Shown here one piece after another: positions 25,783-38,400 of a stretch of 64,000 nucleotides of DNA (positions are counted from its first letter, which is position 1; every line of letters begins with the position of its first letter). The position numbers were made by a program, and so were the translations under genes. The DNA lies in NCBI RefSeq assembly GCF_000002075.1, contig NW_004798014.1, positions 82,076 to 146,075 of the forward strand, written 5' to 3'. The notes under the pieces were generated by a model. That model was not told the origin of the DNA. It saw only the letters and a list, made by a program, of their open reading frames with translations, and did no database searches. Source of the stretch: Aplysia californica (lineage: Eukaryota).

Positions 25783-26760
25783 TCATGAGGGCAATGGAAC
25801 TTCATCATAGGTCAGCTCAATATAGGGGGACTTAAGGGGCAGCTTCCAGTACTGATCATTGTAGAACAAGTAAAACGTGTCGTCTACCACGAATTTCATA
25901 ATGAACAAGAGTAAGTTCTCTAGCATTGTGAAGTAGTTGTCATAGTGCTGAAAGTTTGAGTAGAATTGAATCAGCTTTTTGAGAGTGTCAGGATCCTCGT
26001 AAATGGTTGAGGAATTGCCGACATACTGTGGTTCTCCACTGATCAGGCTGATTTTTGTATAGTTTAGATGAACAAATTGGTTGAACTCAGCGCCGAACTC
26101 GTGCATCTTTTCAAATGCACGTAGAACCCATGATGCACAGTCAAAAGGGTTGAACCAAACAGTATTGTTTCCTGCTTTTTCTCTGACAGTCCACGTCTCG
26201 TAAAAAGGATATGTGCTGTTATCAGTCTCAGTCCAGTTAGCAAACTTGTTAAAGACATCACCACTGATTTCAGCAACTTGGGCAAGGGTACCATTCTCTT
26301 TCCAATGCTTGGCATCAATGCCCATGTAAATACATGTTGCACCCTGATTGCACCAACGTAGAGTACCTGCCTTTGGCTCGTGGGGGAACGTGCAGTTAAA
26401 CAGCTGGAACAACTCATACCACTCCATGGTCAGGTTGAGACCAGACTGCACATGGTGAAAACCGATAGCATCATGCATGATATGAAACTTCTCCAGCAGA
26501 GAACCAAATTTGAACTCCCAAACAGGGGCCTTCATGGCATAAACAATCAACTCATCATCAGGCTTCACAGTGGGCATGTAGTTTGGACGGAGGCCGGTGG
26601 GGCAAAAAGGAATCACGCCAGCTTGGCAATAGGGTGCTCCAGTAGGTGGGCGACCATTATACTTTCTGTGGGGCTGGGGCCAAACTTCATACGATGACAT
26701 GACAGTTGACACGAAGAACAACATGATACATGATGACAACAATACCAGAGACTGTGACAT
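25783..26760 (-). CDS. CLN5: Ceroid-lipofuscinosis neuronal protein 5 homologue (lysosomal BMP synthase / thioesterase fold), intronless CDS, 325 aa
   Basis: Signal peptide, then motifs recalled from human CLN5: YCQA..FCPTG, APVWEFKFG, IMHDAIGF, TMEWYELFQL.NCTFPH, WCNQGA.C, HWKENGTL, YETW, DC...VLR, NYT.I.L.SGEP, FYLFYN..YW.LP and TY.E.PLP. The catalytic His, Glu and Cys positions are retained. Confidence 0.97.
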   Translation of the reverse strand: MSQSLVLLSSCIMLFFVSTVMSSYEVWPQPHRKYNGRPPTGAPYCQAGVIPFCPTGLRPNYMPTVKPDDELIVYAMKAPVWEFKFGSLLEKFHIMHDAIGFHHVQSGLNLTMEWYELFQLFNCTFPHEPKAGTLRWCNQGATCIYMGIDAKHWKENGTLAQVAEISGDVFNKFANWTETDNSTYPFYETWTVREKAGNNTVWFNPFDCASWVLRAFEKMHEFGAEFNQFVHLNYTKISLISGEPQYVGNSSTIYEDPDTLKKLIQFYSNFQHYDNYFTMLENLLLFIMKFVVDDTFYLFYNDQYWKLPLKSPYIELTYDEVPLPS

Positions 26761-27789
26761 CTTTACTTGAAGACGATGTTGCTGAAGTCACTCAGTGTTA
26801 AATTCGTAAATAAAAACCAGAATTTTACAAATCCTTGAGCCTGGATTGAGAAATAGACAGCAATTCTATCTCAGGCCTCAGGTAAGAAGCCAGTAAATCT
26901 TACTTTGACTTTAGTCAACACTAAAAACTATAGATTCTACTTCAAAAAGACACAGTTATTCAACTGTCACTGTCAATACTGTCATCATAATTGTGACATG
27001 ATGATCTGATCAAAACTAATATTATAGCCTGACGATCTCACATGATCACATATCAAAATGAGCACCCCTTCCGTTTCCTTTGTTTAAGACAAACTTTCTT
27101 TGTCAAGCATGTCACTATCACTCACAGTGTTATCAGTGTGATTGGTGTGGCAATGACAGTGATGATAGTATTGATAGGAGATCTCGTCACAGCGTGTGGC
27201 CTGAATCTGTAACCACTGCTATATTTGGAACGCGGCATGATTGGTTCTCACTAGATATCTAGATCTAGATTCTAGATCTAGATCTACAACATGCTAAAAT
27301 TGATATCATTTGAAAGCTTAGCCAATAAAACTGGCATGATTGCATGTCACATAACACTCACTATTTAAAGAAAAATAACAGAATCGACCATTATATTATG
27401 TACTCATTTTACCTCTGTCTCACTGTTGAGCTAATCGTCCATGTATGTTTTGATCCGTAGGCCTAGATCTAGATTTTATAAAAGCGAAAGCTGTAAGAGA
27501 ATGGTTTTTCCTTTCGTAGAAGAGCTGTGAGGCTGAAAGGTGGATAAGATGCTAGACTTTCAATGAAAATGAAAATACTTGATACAAAACGGCAACTTTC
27601 AGTTAGGAAATAGACAACCCGAAAATACTAAACATATACAATGGCAATAATGCTTTTTCAATCAGGCAACTCTTTTGTCATATATACTCAATTTTATAAG
27701 TGCAATTTCCTTGATCTGTCTAATATTATCAGAGACTCTTAAATACTCTCTGATATTATTTATACAATTAAGAGGTAAACATCCGGTCT

Positions 27790-27810
27790 TGACGTCACTA
27801 CGCATGCGCA
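27790..27810. promoter_or_regulatory. Putative bidirectional promoter core: CRE plus NRF1-like site
   Basis: TGACGTCA (27790-27797) next to TACGCATGCGCA (27799-27810), about 75 nt upstream of the STAM ATG and between divergent genes. Confidence 0.6.
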
Positions 27811-27882
27811 TTAAAAGCACAATGTTGTAATGTAATCCTTCTTGATAAAGATTTGTTTTCCTGGTCAAAGACGAGAAAGACA

Positions 27883-29382
27883 ATGCCGTTTTTCAACAGC
27901 GCAACACCTTTCGACGCTGATGTCGGTATGTATATAGAGTAGTTTTTGTTTTTCAAGCTAATGTGGAAATGTTTTTGTTCTGTATGTATTGTAGAGGTCT
28001 CCAATTTAACTTTTACCTCTTGATATTATTGCACCCTTACTACTGTTTATATTATCCTGTCAGTCTCACAATCACAAGACCTGCTTTCTCACTGGTTAAT
28101 TGATCGGTAGTATTGCAATTATATTATAATTAAAAAAGTGTGTCCTAAGGTTTGAGCTAGACAAATTTAGTTTACTGTTTGGGGAAAGATTTGTTAGTGA
28201 ATGTTTATTTCTAAATCTAGATCTAGAATGATCCAAGTCGTTTAACTGGTAGGCCTAGAGCCTAGAGACTAGAGATCTCCAGACTCAGACTGACAGACAA
28301 AATGTCACAAAAGTTGTCACTGCCACAAGTTAATCTCTCTTACTTTTATATTAGACTAAAACTGGAACTTTTATGCTTTTAGGTTTGTTCAGTTATTTCA
28401 GTAGGCCTAGATTAGTTTTAGGCTTAAAGTGTAGATATTTAGTACGAAGTGACTATTTTTCCGAATGTTCAGGAAAATAAGAAAGTGGCTATTCTCACCC
28501 GCCCGGAAGTTCTCGCAAGATCTACTCCTCCCCTCTTCTCTCTCTCTGTCTCTTTCTGAATACACTGTCTATTGGTGTGGACGATCTAATTGACCAAAAC
28601 AAAGTTAAAAAATTATGTTAAAACACAAGATGCTACGGCTATTTAACTTTTCGAATCGAGCCGAACTACGCGGGTCGCCATTTTGTTTTGTTCTCTCTCT
28701 TTCTCTCTCTCACTCTCTCTCTCCATTGCCCACAATCAAAATTGCACGCTTTTAGTATGGTAGGCTACAAGTACAATTGTAATGGAACGTTTGTTCACAG
28801 CACAGAATTCTACAATTTTTATGTTATCACAGTGTAGAATTCTGTGGTTTAGGGTGAACGCAAAATTTGTTGGCCTAGATCGTGAACGCGCACCGGGTGA
28901 GAATAGCCAAAAGACTCGCCTGCACTATTCTCACCCCGGGTGAGAATAGAGGTGGCCGGAAAATAAAGTTGAAATCTAGATCTAGATCTAAATTCTAGAT
29001 CTATTTCTCAGAAAACGGTTTCGAATCTCAAGATTTTTAGGGTTATTTGCGAGATTTAGGCGTCATTCTTTCATTCTGCGAGGTCTGGGAAGAAGCATTT
29101 TTTGCATCAAATTCAATTTCTGGAGCTAGATCTAGAGATTTTTAAATGTCTGACAATTCAGATACACTTCAGTTGTGGTTGGGCAACGTTCCCGGACTAT
29201 AAATCATTTGAAAGTACCTTCAAAAGGTACTGCGAGAAAACAAGACTGCTCGACCTTGGCAGTAACCTATTTTGCATTTAGATATCTAGTCACCCACCAA
29301 AAACTAAAATCCTTCAGGTAAAGAAAAAAGGGAAAAAAATCCCTCGACGCCGCCCCACCCGTTCAAACCTCCCACACACACC

Positions 29383-29430
<48 letters not shown>

Positions 29431-32400
29431 CACACACACACACACACTCTAGCAATGCCAGTGAATTTAAATTTTCACTTTAGCCCCTTTTTAATTCTTT
29501 TATTACGATTTTGCGAAAAAGGGGTGTCGGGATGAGTCCATTTTATTTATAGCATCATCGTATCACACCATGGGATCTTTAAAAATATATGTCGGCAAAG
29601 CTTTTTATGATGACTTTAGACCATGCCAACCGTAAAAGATAAGTTAATTCAATCTAGCATGCCGTACAATTAAAAATTATTTTTCCCCGCTGAGACGCGA
29701 ACACCCCGAGACGAGATAACCTCGCCTCGGAATACCCCCATAGCGATGTTACAGGGGAATAGAGAGAAAAACAACCGGATGCGCGCGTGCGCCATTGCCC
29801 TATTTCAAGTGACCAATGAACCAGCCCGGAACAGTCATGCGGAGATTTTAGGTCACATACATTTGCCACGAGAGTGAGGGGAAAATGGCCGGTCTCCGTG
29901 CGAAGCCGCTTTGAATAGGGGGGTAGTCGTGTTTTTATAATCGGGTCTAAACAACTACTCGACACAGAACGTTCAAATTTGAGCACACTATAGAGGATAG
30001 ATAGATCTATTACCATCTCGGCGTTGAAATTCAAACTCCTTATAGTTTTCGGTGTACACGATACGAAAGTGTTCCCGACATCAAAAGTATAGGTTAATTT
30101 ATGTGTACAAACTTCAACGTCCACATATCATTAGTTTGCCCTATTTTCTGATTGGTTGCCGAGTTTCATTCGGATTGGTTCAGAAATAGAGCAGACCGAG
30201 GTTGACAAAGTTAGTCACCTACGCTTCGGCCGGGTCCGCAAAATAGCCCGCAAACGGGGACCAAATTTTCGCCGCGCGGGAAAGCCCGATTGGCATTGCT
30301 ACACACTCTCACACACACACACACTCTCTCATACACACACACACATACACTCTCACACACACACACATGTTCACTCACACACGGGCCACTCCATTCTCTT
30401 ATTATCAACAAATCTCGAGAACGGAAACCGTTCAGAGAAACGGTGTTCGAGTTTATTTTCCCGAACGTTCGGAGATATAAAGCCAGCCTATTAAGAAATT
30501 CAAACTAGGGTTAAATGGAAAGCCATAGATGATGGGGTAGGTGACTATCATCTCAATAACTTTTTTTAATGACTTGGACATGGTGAGTGGGACCATCAAA
30601 ATCAAAAAGCCAAATTTTGCCAAAATTGAAATTTTAAAATGGCGATCATTATTCTCACCGTGAGAATAACCCATGTCTCGCTATTCTCACCCCGGGTGAG
30701 AACAACTCATGACTCGCTATTCTCATCAGCCCCCACCCCAATGTGGACATGAGGCGATGACTCCTCCCTGACCCCTCGCAGGCCGATAAAATCAACTAGG
30801 CCCTTGGTGGCTTACCGCATGTGGTTGGGAACGAATAATAATGTGAAACATTTTTCGCCTCTCCAGTAAAAAAAAGGCTCACTACCAACGCTACTGAGTG
30901 GGATGTGGGACCGACTGCGGCTGACTGCCAGTTGGACCATTCATTGTTTACTTTAACGATGGCAAGCCTCTCACTCTTTGCCTGCACACAATAAATTATG
31001 GTTCAAGGAACAGAGAGCATGTACAAACGTAGCGGGACACAAGCACGAGACAATAAATGCTCTTGCACAACGGTAGAAGGGTTGTTAATTATTATAATTA
31101 TTCAGACCAAATGGGCGAGGGCGTTAAATCGTGATAACTAGAAAATAATTAAGCGATACAAGCTCTTTTCTTCACTTTCATTTTTTTCTTATTCTTTATT
31201 TTTCTGATTTTCATGCCTCTTCTTTTCCTTTCTTCTTAAACATTTGGAGTTTGGAGCCAAAAAAGAGAAAGAGAACCAAATGAAATTCTCAGGGCCAGAC
31301 ACGATCCAAAAGCCAAATTTCTGGGATTTGGCTCCCAACCGAGAACCCTGACTGACTATTCGGACACGAACAGTGACGAACATGATGCTGTGGAGCATCA
31401 GCCCTGAGACCCCCCGGGCATGCCCGCTAACCTCAGCCCTAATCCCTCTAGTGTAATTTTCAATAAAACGAGGGTGTGAGAACAGCGAGTCATGGGTTAT
31501 TCTCACCCGGGGTGAGAATAACCTCTTCCATTTTAAGTAGTGCCCGTAGCCCTAGTCAAATATGGCCTGCTGAATTTTAACTCACACCCTACGGGCTTCA
31601 ACGGAAGCAACTCTTCTGATGACCCACTTCTTTGAAGGGCCAGTAGGGCACCCAGGTTACTCTGTTCAGTAGTCAGCACATGTGCTGTGGGAGGTCAGGG
31701 ATGTGTTTCTTCGCTGTGATTACTGTTGGCCTCCTATGGAGTAGTGTTAAACAGCAATGAAAATTATGCTCTATCTTTGTTTAGCAATGCCCACCGAGCG
31801 CGTTTTTTTCTGCCGATTTTTGGCCCTCGCCGCGGGGATGTTTCGTGGGACGAACTAACGCAAAGGTTGTTGTCTTCAACTCGCTCTGACGCCGCTTTTC
31901 GTGAATGGATATGAATGAAATTTGGCAGCCAGTCAGAAAAGAGGTCAATCTCGTAGTATGCAGTTTGACAACTTTGTACCCATCCAAGAAGCAGTTGAAA
32001 ACGTTTGCGAAAGTGTTTGATGTGGTGCCCTTTGAAGGTTTTTCGGAGCTGTGATTTGTCAAACTGACTGATACGTTGTACACCATTTTTCTTTATTCCC
32101 TTAAAATTTCATGCTTCTGTGTTTAGCGGTTTTGGCGTAATCTTTAAAAATGTGGGAGTAACTAAGGGAAAAGCGGCATTGCCATTTGCGCGTGCTGGGT
32201 GAACGACCGGCGGCTGGGAAAATTCCACGGAGTGACGTCATCAGCCATCGGTTGCCTCTGGGCACTACGAACGAGGCCGCGCTTATGTGAACCCGAAAGG
32301 GGGGAAGGATACTTGAATACTAAACGGGGGCCTTGATAACTTGCATTTGTGTTGCAATTTGTGTTGTGTGATGTAAAGAAAAAGGCTTTACAACCTGAAC

Positions 32401-35400
32401 ATGAGACGGTAGTGAAAGAAATACCTACAAAAGTTTTCAAAACCATCAAATACATCTATACATCAGGAAATAACATTTTGTGTAAGCTAATTTTAGAAGC
32501 TGTTTGCAATTATGAAATTGAAGTCTAGTTTCTTGATTATCCTTATAAGTTCTTCATGTCTGACGTTGTTCAGATTTCATTTAAAGGCCATTGTATTTAC
32601 TCAAGTATTTTACATTTTGCTTTCAGAAAAGGTGACAAATGAGATGAACACAGCGGAGGACTGGAGCCTCATACTAGATATCTGTGAAAAAGTCTCAAGA
32701 CAACCAAATGGGTAAATAATGTTCCTTTTATTTTTGTATATATGTCATTTGTTTTTACTCACTGAGTCTTTTCTTGCTCTTGTTGCAGAAAGCCTGACCA
32801 AGCGCCTCTGTCTAATCCCACCCCCCTCTCGGGATCTATGCTAATAACGCAAAAGTGCTTCCAATTTACCACATAAGTTGCGGGAAATGCTGCAGGAAAT
32901 ATCATATAGTCACGATGTCAACATTCCTTATGAAGTTCAGATTAACCTGATGCTCTATTTGAGATATTTAGAATGATGTTAGCAATGATTTTAATGTGGA
33001 TATTAAAGGCCTAATTGTACAAGCGCTGGAACTTGAGTAGGTTTGGGTGGCAATTTGTATCTTAATAGAACTCGTGCAAGTCAGCGTGGTAAACAAAACA
33101 TTTAAAGGGTAGAGAGTTTCAATCATCAGTCCAATTTGTGACATTTCCTCTTGCACAGAAACCTGCTTTTTAAAATTCAACTTAAAAATAATGTTTCAAC
33201 TTCAGAAAACTTTTTGTAGAATATGTACTTTCAATTACACTCAAATTAAGCTCCCCCCCCCCCCCCCCCCCCATATTTACACCTGTTTGAAGTACTCTTA
33301 AAAATACTTCTGCATGTGTGAAAGTTTTCTACATTTTTGAAAGGTCATCGAGCAAAACCTATGAACAGGTTTTTGTTTTTGGGTTTGTTTTTTGTGTGCA
33401 TTGGAATGTACTATTTCTGGTGTTACTGTTGTGTAAATTCGATGTATACCGTGTTTGTAGTTAAATTATTGGGACCTTTTAACAAACCTCATAAAATGCC
33501 TCCACTCCAGCATAATATGTTTCTGAAAATGCCCCGTATTCAAGTGAGTTAAGATAATATGTGCAGTTAGCTTACTAATAATGTTGCGCTGGAATTTTTC
33601 ATGATTACTAAAGATTTGTGCATGCAGAGTACAGAATGACTAAAACCTTGCGTCTTCAGTGAGTTAAACCCAACTACCATTGCAATCTGGCAGTTTTGAG
33701 GTATATATATTGAAAAGTCAGGGAAAGCCATTATCATTGAAAATTACAAAATATGAAAGAAAGAAATGCTCTTGCATCTAATTTGACAAAATATAGTTTT
33801 TATTTTATTAGTATTTTGAAAACTGACAATGTCGTGTGGGGGGGTGGGGGTGGGGTGTGTCTTACCACCATTTTTTCAACGTTAAATTTACCAAATAGAA
33901 AATTACTCTCCTGTTATAAATAAACAACAATAAGAGATTGTTGTTTTTTGGGGGGGTTTTTTCCATGTATTATAGGACATTTTCTTAGTAACACTGAAAT
34001 AACAAACAAGCAGTTTATTATCTCTGATGCATTTTGAGTTTGTGTGAAGTCCCAATAGAAGTATTTCACAGATTGTGCAACATATCTCTTAAAACTCCCA
34101 CCAAACTTTAACTGAAATAAAGCAAGTGATTCAACAGTTGGCCTGTTGCCTCTAGTAGCTTTTACGGTAAAAACACCGGAAATGTTGATCGATTAGGCCC
34201 ATCCTGCAGACACCTGGGATCTGGCTTTCGGGTGCAGCTCATCCTATAAATACATAGGAAGTGGTGCAAGTGAGCTAAGGGGTAGTCTAAATTCTGATTC
34301 CTTTGAAATCCTAGTATATTTCTTGTAAGTGTAATCAGATATTTTACTATTTGTTGGGGTTAGACCGGATAGATAAAGAATGTCTAGTTTCAATAAATTG
34401 CTACTTTCATGGTGAGTGTGAGTTGGTTTATTATTATTTCCAATTTGCTTCTTCACAGGGCCAAGGACTGTCTGAAGTCCATTGTAAAACGACTGAACCA
34501 CAAAGTCCCTTTTGTTTCAATGCAGGCTCTGACGGTGAGTTGATTAGATGAATATTTCTCTGACTTTGGTAGATTTTGCTGTTGCTTGTAATTGGAGGTA
34601 TGTGTTTTGATAGAGCTGGTGCAGTTCCTGTTTCTATCTTTATGTGTACAGAACTGATTATGCTGTATCATAATCGTGATGGGTTTCTCTGTAGCCCAAG
34701 GGAAAAATTTGCAATATGTGCATACTTGTCTTATTTCATGAATGTTCTATTAAAAAGTAATATTTTAAAAGATGATCCACATTTCGTCTTGTAATTTGTT
34801 TTTTTATTTTCCTCCCTTTCAGTTGCTTGATGCGTGTGTTAACAACTGTGGCCGTCTGTTCCACTTAGAGATCTGCTCCAGAGACTTTGTGTCTGAATGT
34901 CGGACTTTGATATCACAGAAGGTGAGTGTCTTTTCTTTTTTTTTCAGTCAGTCAGGTCAGAAGTTGGCCTTCTCACAATGTACAATCTGTTGTTTTGTAT
35001 TAAATTTTGACTTTTGATTTGCATGTATGAATGGGAAATAATTTAAAGAGGTTTTTGTGCTGTGGTGGGCGGGTGCTCTGGTTTGGTTTGCTTCTTTTTT
35101 CCTTTCAAACATCTATTTTCCTTGTCTGTCTTCCTTCTTTTTTTGTGTTTGTTTCTCTCTTATAATATAATACCCCTATTCTTTGGCACTTATGTGACCT
35201 AATTGTGTTGCAAGTGCCGTAAAACTGAATCTAAAATTGAACCAGAAAATGTTGCACTTTAGCAGTAAGTGGTGTTTCCTTTCTTAAGAACGTGTTGGTG
35301 GATAGTTGGCGGGTATTTGTGGTGTGGATTGCTCCTTTTTCCTATCAAAAATATATCGTCGCCATCTATCCATCTTTTCTCTGTATGTTACTCTTTAGTA

Positions 35401-38400
35401 TTTGGCACTTATATGACTTATTTTTATTGCAAGTTGCTGTCTTTTTAGTTTTTATTGCCTCCTGATATTTCATGGTCTGATCATTTCAGTGGCGTCTAAA
35501 ACCCTGGTGTTGAAACTCCTCGAGGTGTTAAAACAGTTATTGACTGAGTGTTCATTTGATTTTCAGGCTCATCCCAAAGTGGCTCAGAGATTAGGATTAA
35601 TAATCAAACAGTGGGCGGAGATGAAAGAGTTCAAGGATGATGCAGCGCTTAAGTAAGTCATCACAAGTCATCACCGTGAAACAGCTCATTTTATTCAGGT
35701 TCTAAGGAAAAAAATATGATTGAAGTTGTATTTTTATTGCATCTGGAGTCTCATTTGTGCATTTTTGTGTTTTTAAATTTTAAAAAAATTAATTTTTTTT
35801 GTCGGGTGGGAGGTGGTGCATGCTGTTTTAGGATAATTGAATTTTTTTAAAAGTAATTAACCCTCATCCTGCCGGAGCCGGATTTATGCCGCCCGATAAG
35901 CCTATTTTGGCACCTTGCCTACGTTCTGGTCCCGAATCAGTGTAGCCCCTGGCTCAGTGCACGCACAGCGCGCATCATTTTACGTGAATTCAGGTCCCGG
36001 GTCGGACCCCATTCGCGCAGGCCAAGTGTGTGTGCATCAGTCTGCTTGAGTTTGTGTGCGTTTGTGGCCTTCTTCTAGAACCGCCTGCGTTGGTTGGTAA
36101 TCGAGGCATACGTCTCATTCAAAACACGCCAAGTTGGTAGCTCTAGATGTTCGTCCAATGAAATTATAGAAGAAATTGACCCTCTTCGACATGAGGAGCT
36201 CGAAAGGATAGTCAGGAAACAAGACTTCCATTTTTCTCTACAAAATCTTTCAAATGAGCTTGATTTTGTATGAAATGATACTACCTGATAAAAAATAAGC
36301 TTGTTTGATAGTTTTGAATACCATTTAGACCTGCATGTTTGCCGACAATCGTCTGAAATCCGACAATCGCGACCCCGACCCGCGAACCGGCCGATGCTAT
36401 CGCTAGGCCCACCTGTGTTAGTCAATGTTCAAAGTGCGAGGCCTGGACGTGTGCCAGCGACCCCTTTTTCTCCCGTTGGCTTTGTCGCCACTTTCGTTTT
36501 CGTGTCGACCGCCGACGCGCGCACCGCCGACTGCCGACGTCGGCGTTTCCGACATAATTGTCGGAACCTGAGTAGAAGTACGAATACGAACAAGTACGAC
36601 TACTTAAATGATCTACTTTCAGTTTCTTGCTCGAGCGGCCATTTTGAATTTCGTTTGTTTACTGATTGTTCAGATCATGTGGATTCTTTCAAGTCCGACT
36701 CACTTGTTCTACTCTAGATCTAGATCTACATCGGGATTTATATAGATCATTATTTATAGACCTCAATGGAGGATTCATATTCCAATTCTATTGTGTCAAA
36801 CCATATTATAGGTTGTGCTGTAATATTAATGTTGGTAAAACGCATTTTATCTGGTGCGTGAATTATTTATTTAGAATAAAGATCTAATCTAGATCTAGAT
36901 CTAGACCCCTAGACTCAACTGAGTCCCTCTCTTCGGAATCGGATGCGGATTTCTCGTTCAAGGTCTAGATTCTAGATCTATTCCTATTCACTTGTTCTAC
37001 TAGATCTAGATCTAGATTTATTTAGATCACTGAGATCTATATGGAGGATTCATAGATCTTTATCCAATTCTATTGAATTGTATCAAACTCTTTATATGTA
37101 GGCCATATTATTTTTATTATTACAAATGCTCCTTGTTTCTTTTGGAGTGTGCTTATTTCTTTCTTTTTTTTTTTTGACTTGTGCTGGCCTTTTTACATGA
37201 GGGCCGTTGCAGGTTCTTTTTTGGGTTAGGCCTAGGGGTAGGCCGATAGGGTTTGGGTTAGGGTTAGGTCTTTTCTTTATTGTGTTTGTTCGGGTGGTCG
37301 CTCGTTACTAGGAAATCCTTCCTTTTATGACACCCACAATTTAAAAGCTCTAAATTTTTTTTTGGGGGGGGGGGGGGTTGCGCAAAATTTTCAGACAATC
37401 TGGTTGAGGCTCACATGCAGGTCTATACCATTGTGCAGGTACAAAGAACAATTTGAGTGTAAAACATTCGGAAATTGACCTATTTTATCCCCTTTCGAAC
37501 CTCAGGTCATTCATAACAACAAGAGCGTTCAGAAAGGTTATTCAAATGGGCATAGCTACTCGTAATGTCTTATCAGCTTGTGAGAGGGGGTTATTCATGT
37601 GTTTGTAACACTTTATAAATAGAAAGCTATGAAAGATAGAGCGTTATTTTTTTCATCGATTAACACACTCCACGGTATTCATGGCGAAAACACGCGTTTC
37701 CCGGCGCGCGTGCGCTGTACACCACCGGTACACAATGAGTGACCCCGGCGGCCTTCCCGGCACGTCCGATGTATTCGGTTGCTGATAAGATTCGCATCTC
37801 GGCTCAGACGCAGGACAATAGTTAAGAGTCTGCTGGGTAGCTGCTGTTTTTGTTGGTGAAGTAATTGCCTTGATATGTCTATTTTCCTAATGTTGTCTTC
37901 AAGTGGCAAGTGAGAAATCAGAATCATATCTTTATTTTGTGAGATAATCTCTTTGCAGCTATATGAATGATGGTTTGCTGTTGTAGGAAGCAATTTATAT
38001 ACTTTACACAGTTACTTGCTCTTGTGTTTGTGAACATTACCACTGCCTCATTATAAAACAATATGGAGAAATCACCTTTGAGTCTTTGTTGTTATAATAT
38101 TTATTATTATTATTATTCTTTCTTTTTTTTATTCCTCAGCTTAATTCCATCCTTTTATGACAGTTTGAAAAAAGAAGGTTTTGATTTTGTGGATTCAGAA
38201 GTGGTGAGTTTGTTTTTATTCTTAACTTTTTTTATGTCCAAAAAATTTTACGTCTAGAATTCTGTATGGAGTGTAGTAAGCTTCAGTATATGTAAATGTT
38301 GCACCATAACAGTTAGTATGTGAGCGACGACAAGCAATGTTTTTGAGAAACTGTTGTGTGTCAGGAAACACAAGTTTTGTGCTGTTGCTGTCATGGTTTA

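Noticed and set aside
36075-36717. GC-rich ORFs of 116-138 aa (also 11803-12327, 29654-30124, 53877-54269)
   Set aside because: They lie inside non-autonomous DNA elements or similar CpG-rich repeats and show no transposase or other motifs.
37221-37268. TTAGGG-like telomeric motifs
   Set aside because: Only a few degenerate units inside a DNA-transposon relic; not a telomeric array.
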